Source of the DNA: Octopus vulgaris
Taxonomy: Eukaryota
Length of the DNA stretch: 64,000 nt
Reading direction: 5' to 3'
Assembly (NCBI GenBank): GCA_951406725.2
Contig: OX597838.1
Span: forward strand, 12,090,001 to 12,154,000
Made by a program: the position numbers and the translations under genes. Positions 1-15,057 of this stretch are shown here, in pieces (within the stretch, counting starts at the first letter, position 1; every line of letters starts with the position of its first letter). The notes beneath the pieces are model-generated. The model was not told the origin of the DNA and did no database searches. It saw only the letters and a program-made list of their open reading frames with translations.

Positions 1-139
1 CATTGCGTGTGTATATATCTATATAAGTGGTGTATGCTTGTGATTGTGTACAAGTTCGTCCCTACATATATATATATATATATATATATGTATCCACATG
101 CGCATGTGCCACACACACACACATGCACCCACACATATA

Positions 140-200
<61 letters not shown>

Positions 201-741
201 CAGTGTGTATGTTTCTATATGCTTGTGTGCATAAATAGAAGTGTGTCTAGTATGATTCTATGTAAGTATATGTTATAATATATGTACCCATTTGATTGTC
301 TATGAGTTAGTAGGAATTTCTCTTTCGGTTCTAGGACATTTCTGTTGACTATACTACGCTGATCACCCTTAACCTAATCTCTCTTCCCTCTTCTCCATAT
401 TTCTTCCTCTCTGTCTTCTTCTTATCTCTGACCATCCATCTCGTCGTGTTTAAATAAATGATTTTATGTGAGATTGTCCGTAGATTGTTCTATGACCTAT
501 ACATCGATGAAATCTTAGCCCGTGAAATTAGCTAAGCCTCAGGGTATTTTCATTCACTTCATTGATGCCAAAATGAAGGAAACAACCCACATTCCACATC
601 TTGCTATTTTTTTCTTCTTTTACGCTGAACTAATTTCAGCCGCAGAAAATCAGAAAACGTTATATTTCACGATGTAGTCAAATTATCCCTCAATAAAAAA
701 ACGCGTCTGAAAACAACTGTAGTGCCCCTTGACCCATTTGT

Positions 742-922
<181 letters not shown>

Positions 923-941
923 TATATTTATATTTATATTT

Positions 942-1105
942 ATATGGTAATAATGGAATTTTTTTAGAGATTTCTGTCGGCTTTTTTTCAAGTAGCGTGC
1001 GTATTGTGAAAAACTATACGGTAATGAACAATATGCCCAATTTTCGGCATATTTGGCATTAGAAATTTTTTCGTTTACCCTTATTTATAAGTTGTTGATA
1101 TACAT
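942..1105 (+). mobile_element. Short copy of the 3' part of the hammerhead-bearing Penelope-like element at 36660-37102
   Basis: ATATGGTAATAATGGAATTTTTTTAGAGATTTCTGTCGGC...CCCTTATTTATAAGTTGT aligns by eye with 36950-37102. Flanked by (TA)n on both sides. Confidence 0.8.
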
Positions 1106-1116
1106 ATATATATAGG

Positions 1117-1320
1117 TTTCAGAATTTGACACAGTTCTGAGGGAAAGGGGATAAGTCGAGTACAACGACCCGAATAGTCAACTGATGCTTACTTAATGGA
1201 CCCCCGAATGGATGAAAGGTAAACTCCCACCCCTGTAGGATTTTCAACTCGGAACGGAAAGACGGACGAAAAGAAGCCAAGCAATTTGTCTGGCGTGATA
1301 ACCATTGTGCCACCTCGCCA
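1117..1320 (-). mobile_element. Degenerate tRNA-derived SINE, Nin/Deu-domain type
   Basis: Diverged match to the 19803-20400 family (CCCCGAATGGATGAAAGGTAAA...TTTCAACTCGGAACG...GACGGACGAAA...CTCGCC). Confidence 0.75.
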
Positions 1321-1331
1321 ACTTATATTAT

Positions 1332-1390
<59 letters not shown>

Positions 1391-1841
1391 CATTATTTCC
1401 ACACTGCTTAAACGTCACGCAAGGGGAATCACTTTAACAAAAAGAAATGAATCAAATACATCTACAAAAAACGGACAGATTTAATTTCATGAACACAATT
1501 ACAAAGAGTAAATCAAAAACAATCGTAAACAAAACATCAAAAGGTAAAAAAGGATAAAGGAAATTTTTCAAATGTTTCTTTTTTGGCTGTATTTTTTGGT
1601 GCTTATATAGTTTTTGCAATTGTTTTCTTTGAAATTCTGCTTTTGTTAAAATGACTTCTAATCCCTTTTTGTTTAATCTAAGTACAAATTGGCTTATAGA
1701 GAGAATAGGAAAAATATCTATCTAGACACACACACACACACACACACATACACACACACGCACACGCATACACATATTTATCTATCGATGTCTTTCTTTG
1801 CATATACATATATATTATATAGATACATGTGGCTATATATG

Positions 1842-1990
<149 letters not shown>

Positions 1991-2113
1991 TGTATGTGTG
2001 TATGTACGTGTATAGACATAAATGCATGAGTACACGCACACCCGTATGATAGAATGTAAGTATTCCGATACGTAGCCATAGAAGCACGTGTATAAGAATT
2101 TTAAGAATATACA

Positions 2114-2154
<41 letters not shown>

Positions 2155-2567
2155 ATTATATCTGTAAAGTACATTTGTATGTAATTATATATCATGTGAA
2201 TATACGTGCGTATATGCATACATATATATATATATACATATATATAGATAGACAGATAGATAGATAAATATATATATACACATATGTGTATACATATATC
2301 CTACTTTCACTTTCATTTTCTCTCCCCTTCCCCCTCTCTCCCCTTCCCCTTCTCTCACTCTCTCACATTTCTATCTGTGCGTGGGAATCCTTGTGTGCTT
2401 GTGCTGTAATGGACTGGAAATATTTACCTTACGTAGCTTTATATGAAAACCATATATGTATATACGTATATGCATATATAAGTGTGTAAATATATATAAA
2501 CACTCTTGCAGATGCGTACGTGTTTGTATGTATATTTGTGTGTGTGTTTGTGAGTGTACATATATGT

Positions 2568-2607
<40 letters not shown>

Positions 2608-2779
2608 ATGATGGGTCAATATAAATACATACACACACGTATGCCTACTAATATTCGCAGCATACTCTTACACACAGATATATATATGACTATATGTGAA
2701 TTTGCATATCTATATTTCGATTTGTGTTCCCATTCACTGATACAAGGACAAATGCACAATCATACACGCACACGCAATG

Positions 2780-3434
<655 letters not shown>

Positions 3435-3719
3435 CGCACGCAATGAGACACATTTCAGAAAATCTTTTCGATTTCATTGAAGACTCAGATGAAATACACA
3501 CGTGCAAGTATTGATTAGATCGAGACATTCACTATACGCTATACATTGTCAGAAATAGTGTATACGCATTTATACATCAATGTATATACAGTTACGTATA
3601 TATATATGCATGTGTACATATGTATATGCATAAATATAGATACATATACATAAACAACTATTTTGTTACACACATGCATATGATATATACATATTTCTAT
3701 ATGCATCTCACAGTCCGTC

Positions 3720-3821
<102 letters not shown>

Positions 3822-3891
3822 ATCACTTTATCTCATCTTTATCTGTCTATATCTATCTCTGACTGTTTCCCTTGATATATATATATAAATA

Positions 3892-3973
<82 letters not shown>

Positions 3974-4024
3974 ATCTATATATGTATATATATATATGTA
4001 TATATATATATATGTATATACATG

Positions 4025-4057
<33 letters not shown>

Positions 4058-4208
4058 ACATACATACATATACATATATATAGGTGTGTGTGTGTAAATA
4101 ATATATATGTAGATGCAAATTAAGCACTTGCATATACATATATGCGTACATATTTATATGTACAAATATATGTATAAATATTGATATAAATTTACCGATA
4201 TAATCATG

Positions 4209-4252
<44 letters not shown>

Positions 4253-4287
4253 CACACATATATATATATACATACACACATATATAT

Positions 4288-4329
<42 letters not shown>

Positions 4330-4851
4330 GCATTGTTCTATTGGTTAGGTATGTGTGTGTGTGTCCAAGTGCCACTTTATATGTGTGCCTGCTAAGGCCA
4401 AACCATACATGAAATCGTTTATAAAAATAGGTTATGTGCTTAAAAACTCTCTTTATATATCAATAAATAAATGCATAAATGAATACATACATACATACAC
4501 ACATATATATATATATACATACATACATGCATTTGGAAGGCACACGTTTATTGTCAAATAATGGCAAGGCGGATGAAAGAAAAAGAGGGAGAAATATGTA
4601 AAGTTCTTTTGAGTTGGTCATCCGTGGGACATTGGTCGCGTAACAGGTTAATTGCAGTATCGATCGATCTCCGTTCAGTGTGCTATTAGAAATCAATAAG
4701 TCAGTGCCATGGATCGATATATAAATATGCATATACACATACGCATGCAACATGCTCATTCATGGACACACATATCTGTATATCTACCTACATGACCATC
4801 TGTAGCTATCTATCTATTTATCTATCTATCTACCTATCTATCTATCTATCA

Positions 4852-4897
<46 letters not shown>

Positions 4898-5029
4898 ATC
4901 TATATATCTATCTATCTATCTATCTATCTACATGTATATGTGCATATGCGAGTGTACGTGTGTTTGTAGATAGATATACAGATATATACATACATATATA
5001 TGCATAAACATATATAAAGTATAAATATG

Positions 5030-5108
<79 letters not shown>

Positions 5109-5389
5109 GCATATATGTAAAGTACACACATGTATATACGCACACTGACACACATACACTATATATATATGTATATATATTACATCTATAATTACGTATG
5201 TATTTTTATTCTCTCTCCCATAGGATGTCGGGAACCAAAACAGACGCAAGCACGTAATTTCGTATGTATATATTGATACAAGTCTTACGTTCCTAGTGTG
5301 TTAATGTTGCATATGTACACACATACATGTACGTCTATTTGTCTTTGTATTCCGTGCGGATGTACGAGTATATATATATATGTGTGTGT

Positions 5390-5432
<43 letters not shown>

Positions 5433-5568
5433 CGTGTGTACGTGTGTGTGTGTCTATTTGTCTGTATACTTGACACAATTAATATCGAAACGAAAATGTT
5501 TCATAAATTTTTAAGTATGAGTTGATTTATAACAGTATTCGTGGCAGCTAAACGACATCTGTTTCATA

Positions 5569-5656
<88 letters not shown>

Positions 5657-5688
5657 ACACACATATATATATATATACATACATATAT

Positions 5689-5725
<37 letters not shown>

Positions 5726-5914
5726 GCATATGTATACATATATATATATATACACAGACACACACATTCACAATACACATACACACACGAAGTCTTATAT
5801 ATCTTGCAAATCCACATGTGTATTCGTCCATTCATACAAATATACATACATATACCTATATTGTTACATATATGCATATATGCATTCATGCATAGACATG
5901 CATACGCACACACG

Positions 5915-5948
<34 letters not shown>

Positions 5949-6004
5949 CATAATTTATATTCATATATATAAATTATATATATAAAACATATACTGATGT
6001 GTGC

Positions 6005-6094
<90 letters not shown>

Positions 6095-6100
6095 ATATGC

Positions 6101-6177
<77 letters not shown>

Positions 6178-6392
6178 AACTAAGATACAATTTTCTCAAT
6201 TCACACAGACATGCAATACATATCTGTATCGATACGAAATCAAACCTGCCACACTAGTAATTTAGTTTGTCACACTTATCATTTTGGACAAAATCACCAG
6301 ACCGTGTTTGAGGATCATTAACCTAGAATTATGGGAAAAAAATAATAAATATTATTCATCTTGTTGTTGTTGTTATTATGATTATGATTATG

Positions 6393-6484
<92 letters not shown>

Positions 6485-6700
6485 CAGCACCAGCAGCAGT
6501 AGCAATGATATTTCAGCAACTATTATAAACGTTGTAAGTATAACAAAGACAACAACAACAAAAACAACAACAACAGCAACAACAACAACAACAGCAGCAA
6601 CAAAACAACAACAACAACAACAACAATAATAATAATAATAACAATAATAATAATAATAACAATAATAATAATAATAATAATAATGATGATGATGATGATG

Positions 6701-6735
<35 letters not shown>

Positions 6736-6737
6736 GT

Positions 6738-6789
<52 letters not shown>

Positions 6790-6809
6790 AATAATAATAA
6801 TAATAATAA

Positions 6810-6857
<48 letters not shown>

Positions 6858-6859
6858 GT

Positions 6860-6915
<56 letters not shown>

Positions 6916-6919
6916 GTGA

Positions 6920-7331
6920 TGATTCTATTTACTTGCCACTTGAGCGAAGGATGAGGGGAACAATACAAAACCGACCTAATGTGTGGGGATTTGCATATAC
7001 TCAAATGATAATATAAATAAAAATATACATATAATACAAGGGTTAACAAAAAAGGGGCTGACAGAGATGTAGTCCTCCTGATATAGGATGACCTCTAGGG
7101 ATAATCGAAGAACCGCACTGTCCATGATCTCCCTGAACACCAAGGGCAAGAGCCTTCTCCAACTCCATTTCACCGACTCAGAGATCTGCACTCAGAGAGG
7201 TACCATCCACTCTTGCCCTTTTTTCAACTTCCACTCACATTTCAATAAACTCACTCGAGGGCAGTACTTCCCTCTCCGCCCTAAATTCTCCGCAATGAGA
7301 CTACTACCAAAGAGGAATGTATCTGTCCTCA
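6920..7331 (-). mobile_element. 3' end of a Tx1/L1-clade LINE (ORF2 C-terminal remnant plus 3' UTR) ending in (ATC)n
   Basis: Minus strand gives broken RTDTFLFGSSLI...EVLPSSEFIEM*VEVEKRARVDGTSL. The UTR ends TTGTATTGTTCCCCTC...GTGGCAAGTAAATAGAATC then (ATC)n, similar to the tail at 25395-25555. Confidence 0.6.
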
Positions 7332-7332
7332 T

Positions 7333-7930
7333 GTCAAAGGAAAAATTACAGAAACATCTAACGTTTACCTCGACCAGCAGAATGTCATAAAAGAGTTAGA
7401 CCCAGCGGAGAGCTACAAATACCTAAGGGTAATTGAAGGGGACGGAATAAGGCATTCAGTGATGAAGGAAAGGATCAGGAGAGAATGTTATCGCAGAGTA
7501 AGAGCAATACTCAAGACAGAGCTGAATGCGAGAAACAGGATCGAAGCGATCAATGCTTTAGCCATTACCAGTCGTGACTTACAGTTTCAACATCGTTAAC
7601 TGGTCAATTACTGAAATATGTAATCGTGACAGAAAAATATGAAAACTGTTGACAATTCATAGAATGCACCACCCTAGAGGCAGATATAGAACGACTTTGT
7701 TGACTAAGAGGGAGGCCATGGACTTTTACAACTGTCATTAACAATGAAGATTGCCTCAATTGGCCTAGACACCTACCTGAAAAATTCTGAGGACTGGATG
7801 TTAAAACTTGTCTCAATACATGAAAACAAGAAAGCATCATACTCAGTAACAAAACAGGCAAAGGAATTCCAAATACAACAAGTGAATTCCAAATACAACA
7901 AATTCCGGAATTAATAGAAGTTGTAAGAAA
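7333..7930 (+). mobile_element. R4/Dong-clade LINE fragment (RT C-terminal/thumb region), frameshifted pseudogene
   Basis: Manual translation: NVIKELDPAESYKYLRVIEGDGIRHSVMKERIRRECYRRVRAILKTELNARNRIEAINALAI/VVTYSFNIVNW...MHHPR/ADIERL...EDWMLKLV. The YKYL, LN.RN.I.AIN and HHP..DIERL motifs are typical of R4/Dong. Confidence 0.9.
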
Positions 7931-9069
7931 AACGGGCAACGACAACGATAGCAAGAACATCAACAACATCTGAAACTGTGGTAACGGCTCCGAGAAGTGG
8001 AGAATGCAGAAAAACAGAAAACCAGGTTTAAAAAGGGAAAACTTGAAGAAGACGATGACGATGAGGAAAAAAAGAAAAGAAAAGAACTGTGAAGACGTAA
8101 AAAGAAGAAAATAGAGGAGGATGAGGAAGAAGGATGACGACAACGGCGAGGAGATGGAGGAAGAGAGGGAGAAAGAGAGGAAAGACAAGAAAGTTGAAGA
8201 AAATAGGAAAATGACTGAGACATGTTATACGAAGAAGAAAAGAGAAGAAGAAGAAGAAGAAGAAGAAGAAGAAGAAGAAGAAGAAGAAGAAGAAGAAGAT
8301 GAAGAAGAAGAAGGAAAATAGTAGAAGGTAAGGAAATGAAGAAGAGTAGGAGATTAAGAAAAAGAAGAATAAGAAAGGCGAAGTAAGAAGAGGAAGAAGA
8401 AAGTAAGGAAAGGGAAGAAGAAGAAGAAGAAGAAGAAGAAGAAGAAAAAGAAGAAGATGAAGAAGAAGAAGGACAACAACAAAAACAAAAACAACAGTCA
8501 CAAAAAAGCAAAAAGAAATAGGGGACGTATAAAAAGAAGAGAAAAAAGATGAAGAAGCAGGAAGAAAGAAAAAATGATGATGATGATGAAGAAGAAAAAG
8601 AAGAAGAAGACGAAGAAGACGAAGAAGAAGACGAAGAAGAAGAAGAAGAAGAAGAAGAAGAAGAAGAAGAAAAAGAAGAAGAAGAAGAAGAAGAAGAAGA
8701 AGAAGAAGAAGAAGAAGAAGAAGAAGAAAAAGAAGAAGAAGAAAAAAGAAGAAGAAGAAGAAGAAAAAGAAGAAGAAGAAGAAATATGAAGAAGTAGGAA
8801 GAAGAAGTATGAGGAAGAAAAAAATGGAAGAGGAAGGAGAATTTAAGGTAAAAAACAGAAAAGTCGTACCATCAAAGAAAAGAATGAGAAAAATGGTGTC
8901 CAATGCCTGCTTCAGGTTTTGTTCTGTTTTTTTTTTGTTTAATCTTATTGGCGGTTAATTATTCAATAAAAGTGAAAGAAGAGGTGAAAGAGTATTTATT
9001 GACAAACTAATGGCCATCACTTTGAAAGTTCAAAAGACATTTGTCAAACAGAACATGTCTCCATATATT

Positions 9070-9238
9070 TCTCATCTCTCATTTGTCATCTCCCTCTTTC
9101 TCTCTCTCTCCATCTCTCTCCATCTCTCCATCTCTCCATCTCTCTCTCTCTTTTTCCGTCTCTCCCTCTCTCTCTCTCTCTCTCTCTTTTTCCGTCTCTC
9201 CCTCTCTCTCTCTCTCTCTTTTCCGTCTCTCCCTCTCT

Positions 9239-9270
<32 letters not shown>

Positions 9271-9560
9271 TTCCGTCTCTCCCTCTCTCTCTCCATCTCT
9301 CTCCTCTATCTCTCTCTCTCTTTCCGTTTCTCCCTCTCTCTCTCCATCTCTCTCCTCTCTCTCTCTCTTTCCGTCTCTCCCTCTCTCTCTCTCCATCTCT
9401 CTCCTCTCTCTCTTTCAGTCTCTCCCTCTCTCTCTCCATCTCTCTCCTCTCCCTTTCTCTTTCAGTCCCTCCCTCTCTCTCCATCCCTCTCCTCCCTCTC
9501 TCTTTCCGTCTCTCCCTCTCTCTCTCTCCATCTCCCTCCTCTCTCTCTCTCCGTCTCTCT
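9070..9560. repeat. CT-rich minisatellite with recurring TTTCCGTCTCTCCCTCTCTC / TCCATCTCTC subunits
   Basis: Subunits directly visible and repeated many times. Confidence 0.85.
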
Positions 9561-9661
9561 TCGTTCGTACACAACTGCTTGTTAATTTCTTCTTTGTCTT
9601 TTCCTTACTCTCATCCCTCATCTCTCTCTCCACTCAACTCACTGAAGCTCTCTCAGTTTTG

Positions 9662-9705
<44 letters not shown>

Positions 9706-10154
9706 ACTCTGTCTCTCTACCTCTCTCTCTCTGTCTCTCTCACTTGCTCCATCTAGGTCTCTGCATCTTTTATCTCTCTTCACCCAGCTTCCTGACTCAC
9801 TCTGTCACTCTCTCACAAGCAGTCAACCAACTGACATGAAATCACAAACACACTCACGCACACACACACACAGACACACACAAGCACGCACACACACACA
9901 CAAGCACGCACACAACGATGTATACACACACACACACAAGCACGCACACAACGATGTATATATACACACACAGACACACATAGACCCATAAAATAAAATG
10001 AAATGACAATGCAAAGTAACGGAAGAAATGTCAAATATTAGCCTAAGGAAAAACGTGTGTGTGTTTGCAATTAGAAAAGGTAATTATGGATGCATGCGCA
10101 TGTATGTCTCTATGTGAATGTGGGTGTATATTCGCTTTCATGTATTTGTGAAGC

Positions 10155-10206
<52 letters not shown>

Positions 10207-10288
10207 ACATATATACATATATATATATATATGCATGTGCATGTATGCATGTATGTATGAATGAATGTATGTGTGTGTATTTATGTAC

Positions 10289-10370
<82 letters not shown>

Positions 10371-10371
<1 letters not shown>

Positions 10372-10444
10372 CCCTTCTCTGACCTAGGTGTATGGAAAAC
10401 ACTCGGCGAGAAACGGAAGAAAATTTGAAGAAAGAAGGAAAAAC

Positions 10445-10445
<1 letters not shown>
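10371..10445 (+). mobile_element. Extreme 3' end of an R4/Dong LINE inserted in (TAA)n
   Basis: CCTAGGTGTATGGAAAACACTCGGCGAGAAACGGAAGAAAATTTGAAG matches the reverse complement of 49925-49985, which follows the Dong C-terminus. (TAA)n on both sides. Confidence 0.8.
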
Positions 10446-10498
<53 letters not shown>

Positions 10499-10530
10499 GA
10501 CAGAATATTATTCCAAACTTACAGAGAAAA

Positions 10531-10650
10531 ATTTTGAAATACTAAATCAAATTCCACAAAATTTTGAAATATTAAATCAAATTTCACAAAATTTTGAAAT
10601 ACTAAATCAAATTCCACAAAATTTTGAAATACTAAATCAAATTTCACAAA
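10531..10650. repeat. 30-bp tandem repeat x4 (ATTTTGAAATACTAAATCAAATTYCACAAA)
   Basis: Four head-to-tail units with alternating TTCC/TTTC variants and no spacers. Confidence 0.97.
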
Positions 10651-10660
10651 ATATTTATAT

Positions 10661-11111
10661 ATATATGATTTAGAAAAAGAAACACCTTTTATCAATTCAG
10701 TAATGAAAAATTAAATTATACCATTTAGAAAAATTACATATTATAGAAAGATTAAATATAAGAAAAACATATAACAATGATTAAGTAATGTGCAAAATAA
10801 TAAATAAAACGTATTCTACCAAATATATACGTTTTATTTATTATTTTCCACATTACTTGCAAATAGTCAGAAATATTAAATTTCTAAATATCTCATAGAG
10901 ATATTTACGGTGGTGGAGCGATAGGGTGGTTCTATACTGTCAACTTAACGTGACTGTCCTGTAAGAGAACTCCACCACCGGTGTTTAGCCCTAGGAAGCA
11001 TCGACGCATCCTGTCGGCTTTGACACATTTCCTATGTCCTTATATATTGCAAATAGTATATAATTTAATTTTTCATTATTCAATTGATAAAAGGTGTTTT
11101 TTTTTTTCTAA

Positions 11112-11120
<9 letters not shown>
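10661..11120. mobile_element. Fold-back element in (TA)n with ~65-bp inverted termini and internal hairpins
   Basis: 10661-10727 is the approximate reverse complement of 11051-11120 (ACACCTTTTATCAATT..TAATGAAAAATTAAATTATA). Internal inverted repeats at 10783-10858 and 10908-10980. Confidence 0.7.
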
Positions 11121-11156
<36 letters not shown>

Positions 11157-11159
<3 letters not shown>

Positions 11160-11322
11160 TGCTTTCCAAACTTTTTGCAGGAGCGGAACCCCAAGGAAAC
11201 ATTCCACTGGCTCGAGGAACCCCTGTGCAATAATTTAATAGTCTTATGCACACATATCTGCACAGGAGACTTAAAAATTACTGCCGATTTTATCAGTTTT
11301 GTAACTTCATGCGGAACTATGA
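11157..11322 (+). mobile_element. One end of a hAT/Charlie-type DNA transposon or MITE
   Basis: Begins CAGTGCTTTCCAAACTTTTT, typical of Charlie-type termini, with subterminal GGAACCCC repeats. No second end is visible. Confidence 0.65.
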
Positions 11323-11394
<72 letters not shown>

Positions 11395-11398
<4 letters not shown>

Positions 11399-11636
11399 AA
11401 GGTTTACGAAAATAAACAAAAGACGAAGGTAGGTGGAGTACAAAAAATAAATGTATTAGCATGGCGCTCAGGAATAGAAATAGAACAAGTCTTTTATGTT
11501 TCGAGCCTACGCTCTTCGACAGAAAGATACACAGAAAATAAAAGATCGATCTATTTCTATTCCTGACCGCCATGCTAATACATTTATTTGTTTGTACTCC
11601 ACCTACCTTCGTCTTTTGATTATTTTCGTAAACCTT

Positions 11637-11640
<4 letters not shown>
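11395..11640 (-). mobile_element. Family-A hammerhead element with ~90-bp inverted arms, in (TA)n
   Basis: Arms 11395-11484 and 11550-11640 are near-perfect reverse complements. The loop holds a hammerhead-like motif at 11491-11526 (-). Confidence 0.85.
11491..11526 (-). ncRNA. Minimal type-I hammerhead-like motif (core CUGUCGA)
   Basis: cttt-CTGTCGA-a-GAGC-gtag-GCTC-GAAA-CA-TA-aaag; stems I and II pair. Confidence 0.6.
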
Positions 11641-11729
<89 letters not shown>

Positions 11730-12341
11730 TATATATATGTATGTATGTATATGTACGTATTGAGGTGTAAATATCAAATGGTTCACTTAACACCTCTATG
11801 TCACCAATAATTGAACTGATTAGAACAGCAGTAAAAAACGTTGTATTATATGTCCATGTATATGTGTTTGCATAATGTGCGAATGTATATACATAAGCCT
11901 TACATGTATTTCTGCATGCATAGTTATATATATATATATATATATATATGTTCCTGACTCTGTATGCATGCACCTTTCGATATATATATATATCACATAT
12001 ATATATATATATTCATGCACACATATACACAAATGCAAATCACGCATATATATGCGTAAATTGATATACTTGCATTTTATAAACATGCAAACCTAAGATG
12101 CACACCTACGTGCAAAAATAAATACGTTGTCGTGTAAATATGCACCCAGTAATATGCAGCTGCAGACAAGCCCAGAGGCACAGTGAAACACATGCACATA
12201 CACACACAGCAATGCAAACACAAACATTCATTTACACTCACATATGTGGAAGGTCTCATACATTCACTATAAGATTGCAGGCGTGTGTGTGTCTGTTCTG
12301 TGTCTGTCTGTGTGTGTGTGTATATATATACATATATATGC

Positions 12342-12394
<53 letters not shown>

Positions 12395-12446
12395 AATATG
12401 TATATATATATACACGTATGTGTGTATATATATATACATATATGTT

Positions 12447-12480
<34 letters not shown>

Positions 12481-12584
12481 CATATATATATGTATGTATA
12501 CATATATATATATATTTATACATGTATAACCTTCTACATATATATGTATATATATACATATATATAAATTTATATATATATACA

Positions 12585-12686
<102 letters not shown>

Positions 12687-12734
12687 GTGTATATATACAA
12701 ATGCATGTATATGTACACATGTATCTGTATATAA

Positions 12735-12778
<44 letters not shown>

Positions 12779-13282
12779 GTATGAATATACATATAATTAT
12801 GCATAAATATATAGATGTATGTATATATATATATATGTGTGTGTGTGTATATAAGTATATACATATGAATATATGAGTGCACCCGCACGCACACACATAT
12901 CCTCCGCCTCAGATACACACGCAGATAGAAACGCACGCGCATACACATGCACGCATGAGTAACAGGTTACTTCAGATATAGTTATTTGAATCATGTGTAA
13001 GCGTGCGTATGTATGCATGTGTTGCGATGTCTCTGTGTGTGTGCGCGTATGTGTATGTGTGTCTGTGTGCGTGTGGATGTTTGTGCGGCGTATGCGCATA
13101 TGCACATGTAAATGCACAACTGTGTTTGGATCAACGGTGATGTTGTTCCATAACAAAATATAAAGAAGACGCAACTTCATTACCGCAATACATTACAATG
13201 CAATGCAATACAATACAATACAATACAGTACCCATATCAATAAAGTTCGAATACATACAAAAGCTTGGCACATAGGTATATG

Positions 13283-13322
<40 letters not shown>

Positions 13323-13431
13323 TATGAAAAGAGAGAGAGAGAGAGAGAGAGTGTGTGTGTGAGAGTGATAGATAGAATGATAGATAGATGGATAGAGAGC
13401 TATAAACATGTAAAACATATGTATTTATGTA

Positions 13432-13488
<57 letters not shown>

Positions 13489-13592
13489 GTCTGTGTGTGT
13501 GTGTGTGCGTTGGTACATACATACATGCATACACTTATGTTTATATATATATATATATATGCGTGTATAGATACATATATACATGCATACCC

Positions 13593-13647
<55 letters not shown>

Positions 13648-13745
13648 CATATATATAGATATAGATATATAGATATATATGCATATATATATACATGAAT
13701 ATGCTTATATATATGTGAATTTATGTATAGATATATACAGGTATG

Positions 13746-13786
<41 letters not shown>

Positions 13787-14544
13787 TTACGTATAAATAT
13801 TTACATTCATGTATATAAATAAATAGATACATAGAAATACATGCCCATTTATACATATACCCACATGCGCATACACACACATACATACACACCTCTATAT
13901 ATGTATTTCCACACACACACACACACACACACACGCATACCCCCCCACACACACACACGCACGCACACACACACACACACACACTCATATACACAGACAC
14001 ACACACGTACTCACACGCTCACACACTCATATATATATATATATATGTGTGTGTACACAAATACATCAATGAATGGTTTGACGTATGAGAGCGTATAAAA
14101 AAATGAGCTGACGACGTGATGAAAAATGAGAAAAAACCAAACAAACAAAAACCCAGAACATGCTTCTTGGTATACAAATAGAGATTTTCAACACAATACA
14201 GTCAAATAATATGTGGTATGACATAATTGGACCCAATGGAACACAATGTAATGTAACAGAATACAATACAATATAGCAAAATAATGTATAACGTAATAAA
14301 ATGAAAGGCATAAAAATGCAGAGTAATGGAAGCGCTGTAATATTTACTAGTTAATCCGCCATTTTACTGGCGAAGGTGAAACATTTTAATCTTGACTTTT
14401 TGGATAACAACCCTTGTATTGAGAATAAAATACATGTTGAAGTTGTTGTTTGTTTGCTAGGAATAGTTTTAAATAGCTAGGAGACATCGATGATTGGTTG
14501 ATTGAATACACATACATACACTCATATACGTGTATGCATATATG

Positions 14545-14967
<423 letters not shown>

Positions 14968-15057
14968 GTGTATGTATGTATGTATGTATGTATGTATGTA
15001 TGTATGTATGTATGTATGTATGTATGTATGTATGTATGTATGTATGTATGTATGCCA

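Noticed and set aside
664-712. Possible hammerhead remnant (TTTCA...AAACGCGTC-TGAAA)
   Set aside because: Stem I and the palindrome fit, but there is no intact core, no stem II and no GAAA.
10531-10650. CRISPR-like 30-bp repeats
   Set aside because: No spacers, no cas genes and a eukaryotic context; it is a minisatellite.
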